In this document: positions 40,263 to 48,729 of the stretch, piece by piece
Numbering within the stretch: position 1 is the stretch's first letter
How the letters are laid out: every line of letters begins with the position of its first letter
Assembly (NCBI GenBank): GCA_965197645.1
Contig: OZ240219.1
Span: 320,001 to 384,000, forward strand
From: Dehalococcoidia bacterium
GTDB taxonomy: Bacteria; Chloroflexota; Dehalococcoidia; Plut-88900
DNA: 64,000 nt
Direction: 5' to 3'
Program-made: the position numbers and the translations under genes
The notes under the pieces: model-generated
The model's database searches: none
What the model was told of the DNA's origin: nothing
What the model saw: the letters and a program-made list of their open reading frames with translations, nothing else

Positions 40263-41453
40263 TTAGTGAATGCCGATCTCGCCGAACAGCCAGGCAGAGG
40301 GCAAGGGCCAGCCCTCTTGGAAGCGCCTGGAGGTGAAGATGGAGACGTCTATCAGGCTGGTCTCCCCCTCGACAATCAGCTCCGCCATCAGCTCGCCGGC
40401 CACCGGGGCCTGCTGCATACCAAGCCCTCCCCACCCCACCAGGTTGTAGAACCCCTCGACCTCTTCCGATTGCTCGATGATTGGGGACTCGTCGGGCGTG
40501 ATATCGTAGGCACACGAGTAACCACCCCTATATGACGCTCTCTCCAGGGCCGGGAACGTTCGACGGCCCTTGGCCAACGCCTTGACCAGGATCTCCTCGT
40601 CGGCGTCCTCGGGCATCGTGTCCGGGTCCACGATTTCCGGCTCCAGGATCTCCAGCGTGTCGACCGTATTGATCAGGTTGTCCGGCTCGCATCTGAAGAT
40701 GTAATCGGTGCGGCCATCGTGAAATATGGGCGTGAACGGGGGTAGGTCCCAGGGCAGCCGGAGAATCACCCCCTGGCCCCGTGTGGGTTGGATGGGAATT
40801 TCGATCCCCACCATTTGGCCGATTTGAGCTCCCCATATGCCGGCGCAGTTGACTACCGTAGGCGTAGATATCGACCCCTGTTTTGTCCTCACCGAGCGAA
40901 CCTTACCCATCGCCGACTCGATACCGGTGACCCCCGTCTCTTCGAAGATTAACGCACCCAACTCCCTTGCCCTATTGGCGTAGGCCACGGTCACTGCACC
41001 GGGGTTGCTATAGCCGGCGTCGGGGAAGTGCGCTGCGATACCCAGGCCATCGGCATTCAGGCCGGGCATCATCGTCGCCAGGTCCTGGATGGAGATGAAC
41101 TCGGCCTTGATCCCTACCTTTTGCGACAGGGCAACGGCCTGCTCGATGACGGGTCTCTTGGAATGCGGTTCGGCCCACACCCGGCCCAGCTTCCGGAAAT
41201 CGATGTCTCCTCCAACCACATCGTCGAAGTTCAGGTAGATGTCGTTGGCCTTCTTGATGATTCGAACCGTCTCCTCAACGGCATGGTAGGGCCGGACGTT
41301 GGCCAGCGACTTGCCGGTGGGGCCGCCGGCCAGGTAGCCTTTCTCCAGCAATACCACCTTCTTTACGCCCAGCTTGGCCAAGTGATAGGCGGTGCTTGCC
41401 CCCATGACCCCTCCACCTATGATCACCACTTCGGCCGTTTTGGGAAGCTCCAT
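40263..41453 (-). CDS. FAD-dependent oxidoreductase (sarcosine oxidase beta / DAO family)
   Basis: IIGGGVMGAS, VVNCAGIW, YDITPDESPII; start ATG 41453. Confidence 0.88.
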   Translation of the reverse strand: MELPKTAEVVIIGGGVMGASTAYHLAKLGVKKVVLLEKGYLAGGPTGKSLANVRPYHAVEETVRIIKKANDIYLNFDDVVGGDIDFRKLGRVWAEPHSKRPVIEQAVALSQKVGIKAEFISIQDLATMMPGLNADGLGIAAHFPDAGYSNPGAVTVAYANRARELGALIFEETGVTGIESAMGKVRSVRTKQGSISTPTVVNCAGIWGAQIGQMVGIEIPIQPTRGQGVILRLPWDLPPFTPIFHDGRTDYIFRCEPDNLINTVDTLEILEPEIVDPDTMPEDADEEILVKALAKGRRTFPALERASYRGGYSCAYDITPDESPIIEQSEEVEGFYNLVGWGGLGMQQAPVAGELMAELIVEGETSLIDVSIFTSRRFQEGWPLPSAWLFGEIGIH

Positions 41454-41590
41454 TGCAGGTCCTTTGCTATACGGGAGTTCGAGGGCAAGATATAGCCCTC
41501 GAGTCAATTTCGTCAAGCGGCTAGAAGTGGCTGGACCAGCGACCCATGTGGTAACGTTACCGGCGCTATCTGCACCTGAGGAGGAACAAC

Positions 41591-42250
41591 TTGAAACTCG
41601 ATCTAGCATCAGTCGACCACGTGCTCAATACCACCCGGTCCGTCCGCAAGCGCCTCGACTTCACCCGACGCGTCGAGCCCGAGGTGATCGAAGAGTGTCT
41701 GGACATCGCCATCCAGGCACCCACCGGCTCAAACCGGCAGGAGTGGTTCTTCATGGTGATTACGGACGAAGAAAAACGCCGCTCCATCTCCGAGCTGTAC
41801 AAGAAGGGGTTCTTCGCCTACATCACGCCCGAGACCGACATCGGGTCGGACTTCCCTGCCGATGATCCCCGCACCGAGCAGTCGACTCGGGTACGAGACT
41901 CCGCCATCTACCTCGCCGATAACATGCACCGGGCGCCGGTGTTCATCATCACGTGCATCGAAGGGCGCGTATCGGGCGGCAACGAGTCGGCCGCGGGGTT
42001 GATGGGCTCGATCTTGCCGGCCACATGGTCGTTGATGCTGGCCCTGCGATCCCGGGGTCTGGGCTCCGCCTGGACCACTCTCCACCTGCCCTACGAGCAG
42101 GAGACCGCCGAAATCCTAGGCATCCCGGACACCGTCAGCCAAGCGGCCCTCTTGCCCGTGGCCTACTTCACCGGTGAGGACTTCAAACCCGCCAGGCGTA
42201 TTCCCGCCAGAGAGGTGACCTACTGGGACTCGTGGGGAGCCAAGCGCTAG
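41591..42250 (+). CDS. Nitroreductase family protein
   Basis: TTRSVRKRLD, QAPTGSNRQ, RSRGLGSAWTT. Confidence 0.9.
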   Translation: MKLDLASVDHVLNTTRSVRKRLDFTRRVEPEVIEECLDIAIQAPTGSNRQEWFFMVITDEEKRRSISELYKKGFFAYITPETDIGSDFPADDPRTEQSTRVRDSAIYLADNMHRAPVFIITCIEGRVSGGNESAAGLMGSILPATWSLMLALRSRGLGSAWTTLHLPYEQETAEILGIPDTVSQAALLPVAYFTGEDFKPARRIPAREVTYWDSWGAKR

Positions 42251-43206
42251 CGCTTGATCCTCTCGATGAAGAGAGCCAGGAACCGGTTGGAGCTCACCCC
42301 CATGGCAACGCGACAGTTGGGAGGCGTCTTCACCTTGCCGCTGTTACCGAAAGGCACGGTCATACCCTGGGTCAGGCCCTCTTTGGTCTCGACGTAGAGC
42401 CTCATCGGTTCCAACCGCACCAACGACGGATCGATGACCGCTCCGACCGCGAGGGGATCGTGCAGGTAGGCGCCATCCATCCCAGCCTGGTTCCGCTCGA
42501 AGTCCATGTAGAGCCGGGAGCAGTCCACCACGAACTGGGGCACGGTGTTCGGGCCCGTCGCCAGCTCCCTCTCCGCCAGCACTCGTAACAATTTCGCTTT
42601 GTGGGTCACGTCCAGCGGCACCATCGTCACCGGGACGCAGAACCCAAACACCACGTCCTGGGCCTCCGGGTCTACGTAGGTGTTGAACTCGGCAGCCCCG
42701 AGGGGAGGAGCGTTGCCGGGTTCGATGATGGCGCCTCCCATGATGACGATCTCCTTGGCCTGGGACATGGCTATAGGGTGGGCCTGGACCGCCTTGGCGA
42801 CGTTGGTGACGGGGCCCGTAGCGATTATCGTCACCTCCCCCGAGTGCTCCTCGACCAACTCGGCCATCAGTTCCACTCCCGTTTTCTCCGAGACGTGCTT
42901 CCAGTCCAGCGGGGGAAAGTAGTCGTCCCCCAGGTCGCCGAGGCCATCGTTCCCGTGGACGCTGGAGGCGAAAAAAGCCTCCTTCACCAGCGGCCTGTCC
43001 TCCCCTCTGGCAACCATGGGCGGGTTCTCGATCCGGAGCACGGAAAGCACCCGCAGCACGTTCTTGGTGCAGTGGTCCACGTGGGTGTTGCCGCTGACCG
43101 TGGTAATGGCCAGCACATCCAGCTCCGGCGAGTTCATAGCCAGGATTATGGCCAGCGCATCATCAACGCCGCAGTCCACGTCCAGAATTACTTTCTTTCT
43201 CTCCAT
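42247..43206 (-). CDS. Inosine/uridine-preferring nucleoside hydrolase
   Basis: DVDCGVDDA, VHGNDGLG, AEFN..DPEA, YLHDP; 319 aa. Confidence 0.92.
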   Translation of the reverse strand: MERKKVILDVDCGVDDALAIILAMNSPELDVLAITTVSGNTHVDHCTKNVLRVLSVLRIENPPMVARGEDRPLVKEAFFASSVHGNDGLGDLGDDYFPPLDWKHVSEKTGVELMAELVEEHSGEVTIIATGPVTNVAKAVQAHPIAMSQAKEIVIMGGAIIEPGNAPPLGAAEFNTYVDPEAQDVVFGFCVPVTMVPLDVTHKAKLLRVLAERELATGPNTVPQFVVDCSRLYMDFERNQAGMDGAYLHDPLAVGAVIDPSLVRLEPMRLYVETKEGLTQGMTVPFGNSGKVKTPPNCRVAMGVSSNRFLALFIERIKR

Positions 43207-43214
43207 TTCGACTC

Positions 43215-44171
43215 CTAGCTCTTCATACTGTTCAGAAACAGTCTTACGAATCTCCCCGAGTCGGCCGACATGGCCACTCGGCAGTTGGGTGGGTTGCCGA
43301 CCTTTCCGTGGCTTCGATACCGGACCGTCATGCCCCGGGTTGGCGTGTTGGTGGTGTCTACGTATATCCGGCACGGTTCAGTCTCTATGAAAGAAGGATC
43401 TATGACCGCGCCCACGGTTAGAGGGTCGTGCAGTCAGGCTCCATCGAAACCCTCCTCCTCCTTTCCGATGTCCATGTACATCCTCGAAGACTCTGCTATG
43501 AATCTGGGCACGGCGTTCTCTGCCATTCCCAGCTCCTCCATCTGTTTCCTGGATACGCAGGCCTGATAGGTCGCGTCCACGGCGACCAACGTAACCGGCA
43601 CAGTAAACCCCAGGACTATCTCCAGCGCCTCCGGGTCGACGTAGGTGTTGAAGTCCGCTATCCTCAGCGGCGGCATCACACCCATCTCGTGGATAGCGCC
43701 GGCCATTACAACAATCCCTTTGGCTTTGGACATGGCCACCGGCTCCGATTGAATAGCTCGCGCTATGTTGGTAAGCGGCCCAACCCCTATGATGGTGACC
43801 TCGCCCGGGTGCTGCTCGATCAGTCTTGGCATTAGCTCCGTTGCCGGCTGGGACGATACCAGTCCCCAGTCGAGGGGCGGATAGTAATCGTCTCCCAGGT
43901 CGCCCAGACCGTCAAACCCGTGGACGAAGTCGGCGTAAACCGGCTCTTTGACGAGGGGGCGGTCCTCGCCTCTGGCCACCACGGGAGGAGATTCCATGTC
44001 CAACAACGCCAGTATGCGGAGCACGTTCTTGGTGCAATGGTCCACGTGGACATTACCGGTAACGGTGGTAATCGCCGCCACCTCCAGTTGAGGGGAGCGC
44101 AGGGCGAGAATGATGGCCATCGCATCGTCCACTCCGGCGTCCACGTCCAGAATCACTTTCTTTCTGTCCAT
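43215..44171 (-). CDS. Second nucleoside hydrolase with in-frame TGA at 43434-43436 (candidate selenocysteine, otherwise a nonsense pseudogene)
   Basis: DVDAGVDDA, VHGFDGLG; GFDGA-(TGA)-LHDPLTVGAVIDPS continues in frame to TAG 43215, giving 318 codons colinear with the neighbouring paralog. Confidence 0.8.
43397..43433 (-). promoter_or_regulatory. Candidate bacterial SECIS hairpin
   Basis: After UGA: cugcacgacccUCUA-ACCGU-gggc-GCGGU-ca-UAGA; G-led apical loop 21 nt downstream of the UGA. Confidence 0.4.
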
Positions 44172-44265
44172 GTGAGCAGTTAGCCCTCGACGTGAGTATC
44201 TGATAAATTACATCCACCCTTGGGCATAGTCAAACCTGAACGATTCAGATATCGGGAAGCAGAAG

Positions 44266-45183
44266 TTGACACGAAGACCGATAGTTGTCGCCGGAAGCAT
44301 TAATATGGACCTGGTCGTCGGCCTGGAGAGGATGCCGAGGCCGGGCGAGACGGTGATGGGGGACGACATCCGGTACATTCCCGGGGGTAAGGGCTCGAAC
44401 CAGGCCATCGCCGCCAGGCGGCTCAGCGAGGCGCCAGTCACGCTGATCGGCAAGCTGGGCCGGGACGCCTTTGGCGACGAACTGCTCGACTACCTCCAGG
44501 CCCAGGACCTGCTGCTGCAGGGGCTCACCCGGTCTGAAAAGCCCAGCGGCACGGCCATCATAACCATAGATGCTACCTCTGAGAACGCCATCGTCGTCGT
44601 ACCGGGAGCGAACTTCGATCTGACTGTCGAGGACATTGACCAGATGGAAAACACGATAGCGAGCGCCGGTGTTGCCGTCTCCCAGCTGGAGCTGTCGTTG
44701 TCCGCTACGGAGCACTTCCTGCAGGTCGCCAAGGAGAAAGGCGCAGCGACGATCCTGAACGCCGCTCCGGCACGGCAGCTTGGCCGGACCATCCTCTCCT
44801 CCGTCGACTACCTGGTGGTCAACGAGACCGAGCTGGCCTTTTTCACCGGAGGAGGAGAGCCGACGGAAGACCGCAATTTGGTGATTGCCGGGGCGAAGAA
44901 GCTCCAGGCGCAAGGCCCACCCAACGTGGTCGTTACCCTCGGCGCCAAGGGCTCGGTCACCGTCGCCGGTGACGAGGTGATCTCCATCGATGGGTTGAGA
45001 GTAAACGCGGTCGACCCCACGGGTGCGGGCGACACCTTCATCGGCGGTCTGGCAGCCAAGCTCAACGCCGGTGCCGACCTCGAGCAGGCCCTGAACTTCG
45101 CCAACCGGGCCGCAGCCCAGGCGGTGCAGCGCCTGGGCGCCAGCTCTTCCATCCCCCACCTTTCCCAGGTAGTCGGGCCATGA
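44266..45183 (+). CDS. rbsK: Ribokinase
   Basis: GSINMD, PGGKGSNQA, NAAPA, VNETE, DPTGAGDTF. Confidence 0.93.
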   Translation: MTRRPIVVAGSINMDLVVGLERMPRPGETVMGDDIRYIPGGKGSNQAIAARRLSEAPVTLIGKLGRDAFGDELLDYLQAQDLLLQGLTRSEKPSGTAIITIDATSENAIVVVPGANFDLTVEDIDQMENTIASAGVAVSQLELSLSATEHFLQVAKEKGAATILNAAPARQLGRTILSSVDYLVVNETELAFFTGGGEPTEDRNLVIAGAKKLQAQGPPNVVVTLGAKGSVTVAGDEVISIDGLRVNAVDPTGAGDTFIGGLAAKLNAGADLEQALNFANRAAAQAVQRLGASSSIPHLSQVVGP

Positions 45184-45205
45184 CACCATCCTTACAATCG
45201 GGATT

Positions 45206-46465
45206 ATGAACCTCGACTCCTCCATGGGTCCTTACCGGGCCTTGGACCTGACCGAAGGCGGATTCAACTGGTGCGGCAAAGTGCTGGCGGACCTGGGTGC
45301 GGACGTCATCAAGATCGAGCCGCCCAGGGGAAGCGACACCCGATACCGCGCTCCCTTCTACAACGATGAACCACACCCCGAGCGGAGCCTCTTCTGGTAC
45401 GCCTACTGTGTCAACAAGCGGGGCATCACCCTCAACCTGGAAACCGGCGACGGCCGAGAGCTGTTCAAACGGCTCGTTGCCGGTGCGGACTTCGTTCTGG
45501 AGTCCTTCCCGCCGGGCTACATGGCCGGCCTGGGCCTCGGCTACGAAGATCTGTCGAGGATCAACCCGCGTCTGGTGGTGACATCCATGACCCCTTACGG
45601 TCAGACCGGGCCCCATTCCCTTCACAAGACAACGGACATGGTGTCCTGGTCCATGGGCGGCATGCAGTACCTGACCGGCGAAGAGGACCGCGCCCCGCTT
45701 CGCATAACCTTTCCCCAGGCGGAGTTTCTGTGTGGCGCCCAGGCCTACGCCGGTTCGATGACTGCCTTCTGGCACCGGCAGAACACCGGCGAGGGCCAGC
45801 ACGTCGACGTCTCCACCCAGGTTGCCGTCATCTGGACCCTCATGAACGCCACCGCTTACCCCAAGCTGCACAAGGTAAATGTCGAGCGGGCCGGGATCTA
45901 CCATGGCGCCGGTCTGGTCGAGATTCGTACCGTCTTTCCTTGCAAGGACGGCTACATCGCCCTGACATTCGGAGGCGGACTGTTTGGGCCGTCGACTTCC
46001 GCCCTCGTCCGGTGGATGGACGAGGAGAGCATGGCGCCCGGTTTCATGGTGGAGCGGGACTGGCCGGCCTGGGACTTCGCCGATATCGCAGGTCAGGGAG
46101 AAAAGGGGGCGGCCGAGGTCCGGGCCATCGAAGGACACATGACCCGGTTCTTTGGCACCAAGACCAAGTCCCAGCTGTACCAACGCGCCTTCAACGATCG
46201 GATCCTCATCGGCCCTTGCAACAACGTCAAGGACATATGGGAGTATGAGCAGCTTCGGGCGCGGGGCTTCTATATCGAGGTGCATCACCCGGAGCTCCAG
46301 GTCTCCCTACCCTATCTGGGGCCCTACGTCAAGCTCGGTGAGTCACCCATTCAGATCCGACGTCCGGCGCCTGGGATAGGGGAACACAACGATGAGATAT
46401 TCGGCGACGAGCTGGGCCTGACCCGTGATGAACTGCTGCAGCTCGAAGGGATAGGAGCGGTCTAG
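45206..46465 (+). CDS. Family III CoA-transferase subunit (CaiB/BaiF; BbsE-like, catalytic Asp apparently absent)
   Basis: LADLGADVIKIEPP, NKRGITLNL, TGEGQHVDVS, APGIGEHN. Confidence 0.88.
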   Translation: MNLDSSMGPYRALDLTEGGFNWCGKVLADLGADVIKIEPPRGSDTRYRAPFYNDEPHPERSLFWYAYCVNKRGITLNLETGDGRELFKRLVAGADFVLESFPPGYMAGLGLGYEDLSRINPRLVVTSMTPYGQTGPHSLHKTTDMVSWSMGGMQYLTGEEDRAPLRITFPQAEFLCGAQAYAGSMTAFWHRQNTGEGQHVDVSTQVAVIWTLMNATAYPKLHKVNVERAGIYHGAGLVEIRTVFPCKDGYIALTFGGGLFGPSTSALVRWMDEESMAPGFMVERDWPAWDFADIAGQGEKGAAEVRAIEGHMTRFFGTKTKSQLYQRAFNDRILIGPCNNVKDIWEYEQLRARGFYIEVHHPELQVSLPYLGPYVKLGESPIQIRRPAPGIGEHNDEIFGDELGLTRDELLQLEGIGAV

Positions 46466-46468
46466 CTT

Positions 46469-47731
46469 TTGCCACAGCGAACAGCGTTTGAAAACATCAG
46501 GGTGCTGGACTTCACCTGGGTCGGTGTGGGGCCCATAACCACCAAGTACCTGGCGGACCACGGCGCAACGGTTCTGCGGGTGGAGTCGGCGTCCCGACCA
46601 GACCTGCTCCGCACCCTGGCACCTTTCAAGGACGGCGTGCCCGGCATCAATCGGAGCCAGTTCGCCGCCAACTTCAACACCAACAAGCTGAACCTGGGCC
46701 TCGATATGTCAAAGTCCCAGGCTAGAGAGCTGATACGGCGCATCATCCGCCTGTGGCAACCCGACATCGTCGCCGAGAGCTTTACCCCCAAGGTAATGCG
46801 CAACTGGGATCTGGACTACGAGCACGTGAAGGAGCTCAAGCCCGACGTAGTCTATTTCAGCGCCTGTCAGCAGGGTCAGACCGGCCCCTACTCCAGCTAC
46901 GCCGGTTATGGAGAGCTGGCTGCCGCCATGGCCGGCTACTACCACATCACCGGGTGGCCCGATCGGGACCTGATCGCTCCGTACGGCGCCTACTCCGACT
47001 TCGTCAACCCGCCCAACGCCTTCGGGGCCATAGTGGCCGCCCTGGAGTACCGACGCCGCACGGGCAAGGGGCAGCATATCGACCTCGCTCAGCTGGAGTG
47101 CGCCGCACATTTCATGGCTCCAGCCCTGATGGACTACGCTTCCAGCGGCAGGATCATGGCAAGGAACGGCAACCGGGACGATACCTTCGTGCCCCACGGC
47201 GTGTACCCCTGCAAGGAGAGCCCTTCAGACGACCCGGAAGTGCCCAGCCAGAGCGGGCACTGGTGTGTCATCGCCGTCTCATCAGACCAGGAATGGCGGG
47301 ACCTTTGTGAAATCATGGGCAACCCGGACTGGTGCCTGGAAGACCGGTTCGCCACCTTCTCGGCTCGGCGACAGCACGAGGACGACCTGGACCGCCTGAT
47401 CGGCCGGTGGACCTCCCGGTTCGAGGCAAAGGAGTTGATGGAGATGTGTCAGAGAGCCGGCGTTCCCTCGGGAGTGGTGCAGAGCCAGACTCAGCTGTGG
47501 GCCGACCCTCAGCTAAAGCATCAGGAGTACTTCCGGTGGCTGGACCACGTCGAGTGCGGTCCCATGCCCTACGACGGCCTCCAGTTCCAGCTTTCCAAAA
47601 CTCCCGGCGAGCATCTCAACGCCCATGCCCTCATCGGTCAGCACAACGAGATGGTGCTCAAGGAGTTCATCGGCCTGACCGACGAGGAGATCGGCCAGCT
47701 GGTGATCGACGAGGTACTGGAGACCTCCTAG
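46469..47731 (+). CDS. Family III CoA-transferase subunit (BbsF-like, catalytic Asp in YSDF)
   Basis: VLDFTW..VGP, LADHGA, GWPDR, YSDF, TGKGQHIDL. Confidence 0.88.
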   Translation: MPQRTAFENIRVLDFTWVGVGPITTKYLADHGATVLRVESASRPDLLRTLAPFKDGVPGINRSQFAANFNTNKLNLGLDMSKSQARELIRRIIRLWQPDIVAESFTPKVMRNWDLDYEHVKELKPDVVYFSACQQGQTGPYSSYAGYGELAAAMAGYYHITGWPDRDLIAPYGAYSDFVNPPNAFGAIVAALEYRRRTGKGQHIDLAQLECAAHFMAPALMDYASSGRIMARNGNRDDTFVPHGVYPCKESPSDDPEVPSQSGHWCVIAVSSDQEWRDLCEIMGNPDWCLEDRFATFSARRQHEDDLDRLIGRWTSRFEAKELMEMCQRAGVPSGVVQSQTQLWADPQLKHQEYFRWLDHVECGPMPYDGLQFQLSKTPGEHLNAHALIGQHNEMVLKEFIGLTDEEIGQLVIDEVLETS

Positions 47732-48651
47732 CTGAGGACGGGTCTGGGCAGCTGCTCTGCCAGCGTGGCGATGTGCTCCAGACCGGTCCCGCAACACCCA
47801 CCTATGATCTGCACCCCCATCTCCACCCAGGTCTTACAATGCTCCAGGTAGTCCTCCGGCGATACCGGGTTATCGAAGACCCATTCCGGCCGTTTCCACG
47901 TTCCCAAGTTGGGGTAGGCCCCCAGGGAACCATCCCATCTCTCCTTCACGATCTCTAGGCCCGGGGCAGTATTCTCGATCTCGGAGTGCATCACCGTTAC
48001 CGCCGACCCTCCCAGCGACAACAGGGCATCCAGGCACTTGGCGAAGGGGATGTTTTTTTCAATCTCGTCCATTATCAGATCTCCGGACTCGGCGCGCTGG
48101 ATGGTGAACCCTATCCACACCGGCAGGCCGGTGGAGAGAGCGGCCTGGGTGCAGAGGGTGGCCTGCTCTATGTCCGTCATCATCTCCAGCACGAGCAGTT
48201 CGGCTCCCGCTTCGGCCAGGATGTCGGCCTGCTCGTGGTAGAAATCCTTCCCGTCATCAGCAGCCGACAGGGACGGCACTTTAGTGGCCATGGTACCCCC
48301 GTAGGTCGACATCGATCCTGCGACGTACACCGGCCTGTCCCCGGCGACGTTGTCCCGCGCCTCCTGGGCCAGCTTCACCGCCAGTGCGTTCAGCTCCCTG
48401 GTCTCGTCGCCCAGACCCGCGTCCGCCAGGGCGGGACGGGCCGAGGAGAAGGAGTTGGCGGTAACAATGTCGGCGCCGGCCCGGATGTAGTCCTCGTGGA
48501 TCTCCCTCACAGTGTCCGGGTGAGTCTTCAGAGCTTTGCCGGACCACGAGGCGTGATCCATGGGTACGCCTCTCGCCTGGAGCTCAGAGCCGGTGGCCCC
48601 GTCCAGCAGGATGATTTCTCCGTTCCTTAACCTCTCGTCTATACTACCCAT
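47728..48651 (-). CDS. Homocysteine S-methyltransferase family protein
   Basis: LLDGATGSEL, HEDYIRAGA, AYPN, IIGGCCGT. Confidence 0.9.
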   Translation of the reverse strand: MGSIDERLRNGEIILLDGATGSELQARGVPMDHASWSGKALKTHPDTVREIHEDYIRAGADIVTANSFSSARPALADAGLGDETRELNALAVKLAQEARDNVAGDRPVYVAGSMSTYGGTMATKVPSLSAADDGKDFYHEQADILAEAGAELLVLEMMTDIEQATLCTQAALSTGLPVWIGFTIQRAESGDLIMDEIEKNIPFAKCLDALLSLGGSAVTVMHSEIENTAPGLEIVKERWDGSLGAYPNLGTWKRPEWVFDNPVSPEDYLEHCKTWVEMGVQIIGGCCGTGLEHIATLAEQLPRPVLS

Positions 48652-48729
48652 GTCCGGTCCTCCAGCCCCGAGCAATTAACCTGCTCTCGTTAACGTCAGG
48701 GGCTGTATTGTAAAGTAGTTCACCAGAAC

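Noticed and set aside
43434-44171. Treating the 245-aa ORF and the 66-aa ORF at 43215-43415 as two genes or as a frameshift
   Set aside because: They are in the same frame, separated only by one TGA, and together match the full-length paralog
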